The notes beneath the pieces were generated by a model that saw only the letters and a list, made by a program, of their open reading frames with translations, was not told the DNA's origin and did not search any database. Of a stretch of 7,070 bases of DNA, positions 1 through 7,070 are shown piece by piece. The stretch covers positions 1-7,070 of the forward strand of contig NW_021828937.1 in the NCBI RefSeq assembly GCF_006345805.1. Direction: 5' to 3'. Position 1 is the first letter of the stretch. The number at the start of each line of letters is the position of its first letter. The DNA is from Octopus sinensis (taxonomy: Eukaryota). The position numbers were made by a program, and so were the translations under genes.

Positions 1-70
1 GGCATAGAAGCCTGGCAGAGCGCATCTCTCTCCAGGCTAAACTCATTTCTGCAGCTGGGTGGATTGGATT
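1..70 (-). mobile_element. SINE body fragment, cut by the window edge, related to the core of the SINE at 2580-2843
   Basis: Minus strand reads CAATCCACCCAGCTGCAGAAATGAGT, similar to CAGTCCAATCAGCTGGCAAAAATGAGT at ~2700-2726. A hairpin AGCCTGG(9-15)/CCAGGCT(32-38) follows. No tRNA head is visible. Confidence 0.4.
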
Positions 71-71
71 A

Positions 72-562
72 ACATGACTACCAGCCCGATAAGGGTACGC
101 CAGGCACATGCATTACAACCATATCTGCACGACGTGGTCATCTTGTATCAAGATTAACAGCGCATGACTTTGCAAGTGGGGCTCAGTTAGAATGTTCTTC
201 AGGTCGAGTAGCCTATCCCGCTCAAAAGGTTCCTGAATAAGGGTTGTTTAAGGATGGTGAACAAAGCACCCATGTTTCCAAGGGTGAATTATCTAAACTC
301 CAAAGAATCCCTCTCAACACATGGTTATGATGCTCCCCCTCTACTTCTGCTCGTGACCAGAGATGCACATATCGTCAGCCACTAAGGGACACGATCAACT
401 GATTAAGATCAAACAACTGACAAGCAAATCTGTAGTATTGAGCAGAATATTTGCTGTAGCCCACTTTTTATACCAAGACAAAACAATGTACATGATAACA
501 CTTCCCATCAGTTAAGATCAAAAGCCATGAGAGCCACTGCCGGGTACTGCATCAGGGCATTT
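72..562 (+). mobile_element. Unclassified interspersed repeat, probably a non-autonomous retroposon or 3' LINE relic
   Basis: Complex ~45% GC block without a clean ORF that ends sharply at ...GTACTGCATCAGGGCATTT and runs into a trinucleotide tract, as retroposon 3' ends do. It resembles a repeat I recall from octopus sequence (unverified). Confidence 0.5.
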
Positions 563-564
563 AT

Positions 565-635
<71 letters not shown>

Positions 636-721
636 TAGTATAGTAATAATATAATAATAATATAATAATAATATAATAATAATTATTATTATTATTATTA
701 ATAGAATATATTATTATTATA

Positions 722-756
<35 letters not shown>

Positions 757-798
757 GATTATTATTATTGTTATATTATCATTTTTATTATTATTATT
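563..798. repeat. Compound microsatellite (TAC)n-(TAA)n-(TTA)n
   Basis: Directly visible: TAC ~565-600, TAA ~601-682, then a strand switch to TTA ~683-798. Confidence 0.95.
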
Positions 799-847
799 CA
801 TATAACTCAACAGATAGGCAGTTGGAAAAGAAAAGAATTCTGACATC

Positions 848-931
848 GGGCTACAACAAGTTGCCTTAGATGCCAAGAACCCGCCTATAGGGTTACTGTA
901 AGTAGCCTTAGATGCCAAAAACCCTCCTAAA
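848..931. repeat. Two-copy 42-bp tandem duplication covering the LINE stop codon
   Basis: 848-889 GGGCTACAACAAGTTGCCTTAGATGCCAAGAACCCGCCTATA vs 890-931 GGGTTACTGTAAGTAGCCTTAGATGCCAAAAACCCTCCTAAA; 34/42 identical by hand count. Confidence 0.85.
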
Positions 932-2926
932 TATCCTAGCTACCCCTAATAACACTGTTTTCTGGAGCTGTACTAAACTGAGTTTTATGCCTATTTCCTC
1001 TATCCATCTGTTCATATCTTTGGCGATAGTTCCTAATGCACTTATACCTACTGGGATACATTTTACCTGCATTTCCATAGTCTCTGGCTAGGTTCAATGG
1101 CTAGGTTCTGGTACTTCGCTATTTTTTCTATACTTCTCATATTAAATTTTTCATCATTTGGGACTGTAAAGTCAATTATCTGGCACTTCTATTCTCTTTA
1201 TCTACTACTAGTAAATCAGGTTCTTCTAACTTCTATTACTCTGTCAGTCTGAATGTTGAAGTCTCACAATATCTTGTACTTCTTACTCCCTAGTACTTTA
1301 TAAGGTTCATGTCCATACCATATATCAGTATGTTCAAATCCTAGCTTTCTACAAAGCTCCCAGTGAATTACTCTCCCTAGATTGTCATGTCTTTTCTTGT
1401 ATTATTTCTGTGTCAGTATGTTACATTCACTTACTATATGAGTAACGCTTTCCTCTTTTGATTTGAATAATTTACATTGGGAATCTACTTGGTTTTTGTG
1501 TATTTTGGCTTTTAATCCAATTAGTTCTTAATGCTTGATCTTGTGCAGCTACTAACAAACTTTCTTCTCCCTCTTCAGCTTTCCCTTCTGCAGCCATAAT
1601 CATGTCTCACTATTACTATTTGCTGACTCTATCTTTGGGAATCTACCATGCAACGTCTTCTCAGATGATTTCTTTTGTTTTTTTTCTGGTTTTTAAGTTC
1701 GTTTGGTGTTTTGGTTTCCCTATATCCTGCTATGACTCTAGCAGCTTTTAATAAACTTTCTTCACAATTACCTACATAGGAGTTTATATCTACTCTAGCT
1801 AACTCCACGCAGCCTTCCACTGATATTAATCCTCCTCCACCTTCCTTTCTAGGTAGGTCTAATCTTGCTGCTCCTGCCCTTGGGTGGAGTCTTCATACAT
1901 ATTGAATTCCTTCCTTGTTCTTCTGCCTAGCTTTGCTAATTCAGTTTTTGTCCAATCTACAAAAGCTGCCGAGTATCTAAGTAACGATACTCCCCAGGTA
2001 TTTACAGACTTCACTAGTTTGGGACCATTTAGCTTTGACTTCATTAGCTTCCTCACCTTTCTGATGTACTCCTCAATTTTCGTTTTCATTTCTATAGTTA
2101 GAATTCTGTCAGATTCTGATACTCCTAGATACTTATAACTCTCTCCTCCTTTCAATGATTTTAATGTCTGGCCATATGGTAATTGGATGCATTCGCTGTC
2201 GACTACCTATCCCCTTTTCATGATTAATATTGTACATTTATCTATGACAAATTCCATGCCTTTATCTTTGCTGAAGAGTCTTGCAGTCTGTAATAAGGAA
2301 TCTATCTCTTTTTCATTCTTACTAAAAAGCTTCAGATCATCCATATAGAGCAAATGGTTAATTTTTCCTTTACTATTTCTAAAGTGATACCCTGCCTTTG
2401 GGTTCCTTAATACTAAACTGAAGGGGATCGAACAGAACAAATATTAAAAGGGACAGCGAATCCTCCTGGCAAATTCCTCTTTTGATATTAACTTTCCCTA
2501 AGAGTGTGTTACCTGAGTAGAGATCTACTTCCCATTTCTTCAAGCTAGAGCTATTTAATTTTTCTATGTTATCTGCTATGTGGAGGCGCGTGGCTTAGTG
2601 GTTAGGGTGTCAGCACCATGATCCTAAGATTGTAGTTTCGATTCCTGGACCGGGCAACGCGTTGTATTCTTGAGCAAAACGCTTCATTTCACGTTGCTTC
2701 AGTCCAATCAGCTGGCAAAAATGAGTAACGCTGCGATGGACTGGCGTCCCGTCCAGCTGAGGAACACATACGCCATAGAAACCGGGAAACCGAGTCCATG
2801 AGCCTGGCTAGGCTTGAAAAGGGTGCATTTATTTATTTTTTTAATGCTATCTGCTATACTGAACATACTCAAACATTCACTTATCCATGAGTGTGGAATC
2901 GTGTTATAAGCTTTCATATAATCTAT
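908..2926 (-). pseudogene. Reverse transcriptase / CCHC / restriction-like endonuclease ORF remnant with stops, frameshifts and a SINE insertion
   Basis: Supplied ORFs 2708-2917 (N-terminal part only), 2207-2440, 1859-2155 and 1629-1820 are frameshifted pieces of one ORF. YMDD is intact. The knuckle's second Cys reads Phe, and in-frame stops occur (TQK*YKKRHD, KIL*DFNIQTD). The C-terminus is ...QKTVLLGVARIFRRVFGI*. Confidence 0.9.
2580..2843 (+). mobile_element. Full-length tRNA-derived SINE (CORE-like body) inserted into the LINE
   Basis: Pol III A box TGGCTTAGTGG (2591-2601), B box GTTTCGATTCC (2635-2645), CORE-like TTCTTGAGCAAAACGCTTCA and an (ATTT)/T tail. TSD ATGTTATCTGCTAT (2566-2579) / ATGCTATCTGCTAT (2844-2857). 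Removing it restores the RT frame (..MFSIAD[S/N]IEKLNSSSLKKW..). Confidence 0.93.
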
Positions 2927-3087
2927 TGATTAAATGGCGCCGCCTGAAACGATCGTAACGCACTAATACCTGGAAATCCTTGTTACTTATTTGCTTTTTA
3001 TTCACTTTACTTCGAGCTGTACCAGTAATACCGGACTGACTTGGTACCTCAATTTAAGTACCTAATTCAACTGAATCTTAATTATTT

Positions 3088-3122
3088 CTATACATACACA
3101 CCTATATATTTATACATATATT

Positions 3123-3154
<32 letters not shown>

Positions 3155-3280
3155 CATCTATATATTCGCATATACACACACACATCTATCCATCCATTCA
3201 TCCATACATGCATACATACATACATACATACATACATACATACATGCATACATACATACATACTTACATACATACATCCA

Positions 3281-3312
<32 letters not shown>
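3088..3312. repeat. (TA)n / (CATA)n compound microsatellite
   Basis: Directly visible. Confidence 0.95.
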
Positions 3313-3420
3313 CTGGTTTAAATTTATAATTAAGCGAAAAGAAGAACGGACTACATGAGTTAAATTTGTTTTGGAATAGGAGGCTGAAACTTCCTTAAGT
3401 ATGGCAAGCTCTGATTCAAA

Positions 3421-3492
3421 TTGTTGTTGATGATGATGATGATGATGATGACCGTGATGGTGATGAGGATGAAGATGGTAACGATAGAGGAT
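3421..3492. repeat. (GAT)n microsatellite with degenerate 3' part
   Basis: Directly visible. Confidence 0.9.
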
Positions 3493-3670
3493 GCAAATAT
3501 GACTAGTCGTGTGACAATGAGCACGCGCATGCGCGCGTGAACGTGCTTCTCTGCATGTACGCTATGTTAGTTTCACAATAGGTTTTGATGAAATAAAAAA
3601 AAAACCAGAAACGATATTGTGAAAGTGAAGAGAACTTTTAAAATTCGAAATTTACTAATCATAAAATGAA

Positions 3671-3794
3671 ATATATATGTGTATGTGTGTGTATCTGTGT
3701 GTAAGTATATATATTTATGCTCATAGACATACATATACGTTTATATATACATGCTTGTATGCATACATATGATATCTATATATATATGTATTTT

Positions 3795-3855
<61 letters not shown>

Positions 3856-4128
3856 GTATGTATATATATATATTATTTTATATCCATATATGTATGGAGG
3901 GGGTGCTGGTATGTGTGTTGTGTGCGTGTGTATTTATATATAGCATAAATATATATATGTTTGCATATGGGTATAAATATTATGTATTACATACACAAAT
4001 ACACACACACGCACACACACATCTATATATGCAAAAATATTTATCCATATGTACACATATAACGATGTATCAATATGAACATAAATCCTCGTATAATCAT
4101 GTACTTCTCTTCATTTCTAAGTGTATGA

Positions 4129-4160
<32 letters not shown>

Positions 4161-4421
4161 GTGTCTATACATACATATGTGTGTGCGTATATGCATACAT
4201 ATATGCTCACATGCATACATACATACACTCACACTCACATAAATACAGATATTGAAGCCTTCCATTCGCACATACAACCATGGATACACACAAAACGCAT
4301 GCAAGCAAGAACACACATACACATACACAAAGGAATACATACATGCATACACATTCATTAAATGGATGGCTCGGCCATCATGCGCAGATATATATTCAAC
4401 CACTTTTTATATATATATATA
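3671..4421. repeat. Long degenerate TA/CA/TG/CATA low-complexity tract
   Basis: Alternating purine-pyrimidine runs, e.g. (TA)n ~3797-3850 and (TG)n ~4130-4163. Confidence 0.9.
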
Positions 4422-4503
4422 ATTGTTTTTTTTTCATGTTTACCGATCTTATGTATTGAATCATATTCTGGTGACGTTGAATATATATATATTTTCGTTT
4501 TCT

Positions 4504-4517
4504 GATAATACTAATAC

Positions 4518-4567
<50 letters not shown>

Positions 4568-4651
4568 TGAGAAGAAGAAGAGAAGAAGAAGAAGAAGAAG
4601 AATGAGAAAAAGAAGAAGAAAAGAAGAAGAAGAAAATAATAAAAATAATGA

Positions 4652-4683
<32 letters not shown>

Positions 4684-4736
4684 ATAATAATAATAATAAT
4701 AATAATAACAATAATAATAATAATAATATTAATAAT
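4504..4736. repeat. Compound microsatellite (AAT)n-(GAA)n-(TAC)n-(AAT)n
   Basis: Directly visible. Confidence 0.95.
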
Positions 4737-4852
4737 CTGTATTAGAAGTACATTGAAGCCTATGCTGTCGTAATACAACAGTATTACAAAAACCTAAGAG
4801 CGCCTTGAGAGATACAGCAAGAAAATATGTAAGAAAGACAAAAGATAAACTA

Positions 4853-5453
4853 AGAATAATAGTTCTTTCAAATATAAGCACAAAGCCTGGAACTTGGGGA
4901 AGGGAAATAGTTGATTACATCGTTCCCAGTGTTCCACTGGTACTTAATTTTATCGAACCCCGAAAGGATGAAAGACAAAGTCGACCTCGGAGAAATTTGA
5001 ACTCAGAAAGGTAACGATGGGCGAAATACCTATTTCTTTACTACCCACAAGGGGCTAAACACAGAAGGGACAAACAAGGACAGACAAACGGATTAAGTCG
5101 ATTATATCGACCCCAGTGCGTAACTGGTACTTTATTTTATCGAACCCCGAAAGGATGAAAGGCAAAGTCGACCTCGGAGAAATTTGAACTCAGAAAGGTA
5201 ACGATGGGCGAAATACCTATTTCTTTACTACCCACAAGGGGCTAAACACAGAAGGGACAAACAAAGACAGACAAACGGATTAAGTCGATTATATCGACCC
5301 CAGTGCGTAACTGGTACTTTATTTAATCGACCCCGAACGGATGAAAGGCAAAGTCGACCTCGGCGGAATTTGAACTCAGAACGTAGCGGCAGACGGAATA
5401 CCGCTAAGCATTTCGTCCAGCGGGATAACGCTTCTGCCTGCTCGCTACCATTT
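4853..5453 (-). mobile_element. Multimeric tRNA-derived SINE: one head plus three body copies (Nin/Deu-domain-like body)
   Basis: Minus strand: head GGTAGCGAGCAGGCAGAAGCGTTA (A-box-like, ~5429-5439), B-box-like GAGTTCAAAT three times (5366-5377, 5180-5191, 4993-5004), body GCCTTTCATCCTTTCGGGGTCGAT..AAGTACCAG, and a final tail ..TTTGAAAGAACTATTATT. The domain name comes from recall. Confidence 0.88.
4938..5311. repeat. 187-bp near-perfect tandem duplication within the SINE (plus a partial third unit 5312-~5402)
   Basis: 4938-5124 vs 5125-5311 differ at 3 positions by hand alignment. Confidence 0.95.
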
Positions 5454-5455
5454 AA

Positions 5456-5593
<138 letters not shown>

Positions 5594-5712
5594 TCTTTCT
5601 GCTATAGGCAGAAATTTGAGGACAATTACATTATCAACCACCAAATAGGATCATCCATGAGATTTGAACTCAGGAAATAAAGAGCCGGAATATATACTGC
5701 AATATATTTTGT
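5594..5712 (-). mobile_element. Old, internally deleted relic of the same SINE family as 4853-5453
   Basis: Tail TTCTTTCTGCTATAGGCA resembles TTCTTTCAAATATAAGCA at 4863-4880, and ATTTGAACTCAG (5661-5672) matches the B-box region. Confidence 0.65.
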
Positions 5713-5737
5713 GTCAAGCTCTTTAGAAAACCTCAAT

Positions 5738-6178
5738 ATGGCTGTGGGGTAAAGCAGCCCGCTGAGGAATTATGTGGTTTCGGATTTGATCCTACTTTGT
5801 GGCACTTTGAACCTGTGTCTTCAACTATAATCCTGAGGCTACCAATGTCATATCTTTAAGTAAATGTGGTTACCGGAAACTGTGTGGAATCCCATCACAC
5901 ACGCACGCACACACACACACACGCACGCACACACACACACACACACACGCATATATATATCTGTATATATGTATGTGTGTTTGTTTTTGTGTTTGTGTTT
6001 GTTCCCCACCACCACCTCCACCCGACAGTTGATGTTCGTTTGTTTACGTTCCCGTAATATACTGGTTCAGCAAAAAAGATGGATTGACTTAGAAATAAGT
6101 ACTGGAGCCAATTTGTTCGCCTAAAGAGTTCCAGAATGTGCTCCAGCATGACCTTACTCTAATGGCTGAAACAAATAT
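5738..6178 (+). mobile_element. Diverged tRNA-derived CORE-like SINE with internal (CA)/(TA)/(TG) microsatellite
   Basis: A-box-like TGGCTGTGGGGT, decayed B box GGATTTGATCC, CORE-like GTGGCACTTTGAACCTGTGTCTT, internal microsatellite ~5896-6001, and 3' module ..GTGCTCCAGCATGACC..AATGGCTGAAACAA. This matches the layout of an abundant octopus SINE as I recall it. Confidence 0.7.
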
Positions 6179-6221
6179 ACTATATACGTGTGTGTGTGTG
6201 TGGTGGGGGTGTTCCTCTTAG

Positions 6222-6330
6222 GTATAGCGATAATAATGATTTGGTGCCAGAACTCAATAAAGATACGCATGTAAATGCTTTCCCAAATAAACCTCTACCC
6301 GATTTTAGAAGCTCTGAGGAAGCTATATGA
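6222..6330 (+). CDS. Possible terminal coding exon of an unidentified host gene
   Basis: Acceptor-like TTCCTCTTAG|G at 6221/6222, then YSDNNDLVPELNKDTHVNAFPNKPLPDFRSSEEAI and TGA TGA. The sequence is non-repetitive, but no homologue is recognised. Confidence 0.22.
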
Positions 6331-6438
6331 TGATGCACAAGCACACAGCTCTGAGTTCAAAGTACCTTATAGCAAAAACGCCCATAAGCTAATGAAGTTC
6401 ATTGCACAAGTTTCGGTTCCTTTGTCATTTATTTAATA

Positions 6439-6440
<2 letters not shown>

Positions 6441-6474
<34 letters not shown>

Positions 6475-6488
6475 ACACACACACACAC

Positions 6489-6542
<54 letters not shown>
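6441..6542. repeat. (CA)n microsatellite
   Basis: Directly visible. Confidence 0.97.
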
Positions 6543-7070
6543 TAACTTTAAGCTATGTTCAGAAACGAATATTTGCTTTCATTTTACTTTTGTTTTATTT
6601 CATCTTATTTTCCCGTTATTGCTCTGCAATTGTCTTTTTCTTAACAAATGCTTTATTATTTATTCATCTAAAGGAAATAACAAGGTCTGAATGAAGGTTT
6701 CTGGCTGTAATTATAATCAATAATAGAATAACACTCGCTAGACGTGAACTCATAAATTATTTCATACTAGACGAAACTTCATAGTGAATTAAGCGCTAAA
6801 CACGATGCGGCGAGGAAACGATAAATTTAATTAAACAAGGATGCACTCGTGCCGAGTTGAGGTACACATTATTGAACAATGGTAAACACTGAAGCAAACG
6901 AAGGGCGACAACTGGAAACGGATACATACATATGAACATATCTACTACTAAAATCACTTTAACCGATCAACGCAGTAGTTGTACAAACAAGTAAAATCGC
7001 TAATGCTGCAACAAGCATTACTGCGATTTTTTAACCCCAAGGGGACATCTCCTCTGGCTTGTCAACGATG

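Larger units (their letters stand above)
798..2927 (-). mobile_element. 5'-truncated, decayed RLE-type non-LTR retrotransposon (R4/Dong-like clade)
   Basis: Manual minus-strand translation gives, in order: IDYMKAYNTIPHSWI, KRGICQEDSLS, INHLLYMDDLKLF, YKYLG, LPRKEGGGGL, AAQDQAL, CKLFKSKEESVTHIVSEC, KKRHDNL, PDLLVVDK..IIDFTVP, EKIAKY, then a stop at 908-910, a ~110-bp 3' UTR and (TAA)n. Confidence 0.93.

Noticed and set aside
403-556. U2 snRNA-like words (TAAGATCAA, TGTAGTAT, ATCAGTT)
   Set aside because: Short and wrongly spaced, with no contiguous U2 alignment or Sm site; likely chance.
508-918. 136-aa ORF
   Set aside because: Spans the LINE 3' UTR duplication and microsatellites; poly-I/L/V/Y runs are artefacts.
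1884-2138. 84-aa + strand ORF
   Set aside because: Antisense shadow of the RT region.
2582-2652. tRNA gene
   Set aside because: A/B boxes are present, but there is no good acceptor stem and the sequence continues into a SINE body with tail and TSD.
2928-3087. Possible SINE debris or LINE 5' TSD
   Set aside because: Only a faint match to ACTGGTACTTAATTT, and no TSD could be identified.
4365-4379. Hairpin GATGGC-TCG-GCCATC
   Set aside because: A 6-bp stem is expected by chance.
3088-4778. ORFs rich in YI/HT/CV/N/I/L
   Set aside because: Stop-free translations of microsatellites.
4938-5402. CRISPR array or hammerhead-containing retrozyme
   Set aside because: Units are whole duplicates without unique spacers and the context is eukaryotic. 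I found no CUGANGA..GAAA core with stems by eye.
7026-7070. Possible start of another repeat after the T run
   Set aside because: Too little sequence at the window edge to call.

Overview
AT-rich, repeat-dense eukaryotic non-coding DNA. The SINE families and microsatellite load suggest an octopus/cephalopod genome (inference from recalled repeats, not a search). The only real protein-derived sequence is a 5'-truncated, decayed non-LTR retrotransposon on the minus strand (~798-2927) with RT motifs, a CCHC knuckle and a restriction-like endonuclease (R4/Dong-like). A tRNA-derived SINE with a 14-bp target-site duplication interrupts it. The window also holds a head-to-tail multimeric SINE (187-bp period, 4853-5453), three further SINE copies or fragments, an unclassified ~490-bp repeat at the left end, many microsatellites, and one weak candidate terminal exon (6222-6330). 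Most supplied ORFs are microsatellite or SINE artefacts. I find no convincing novel biological system; the best leads concern retroelement structure.
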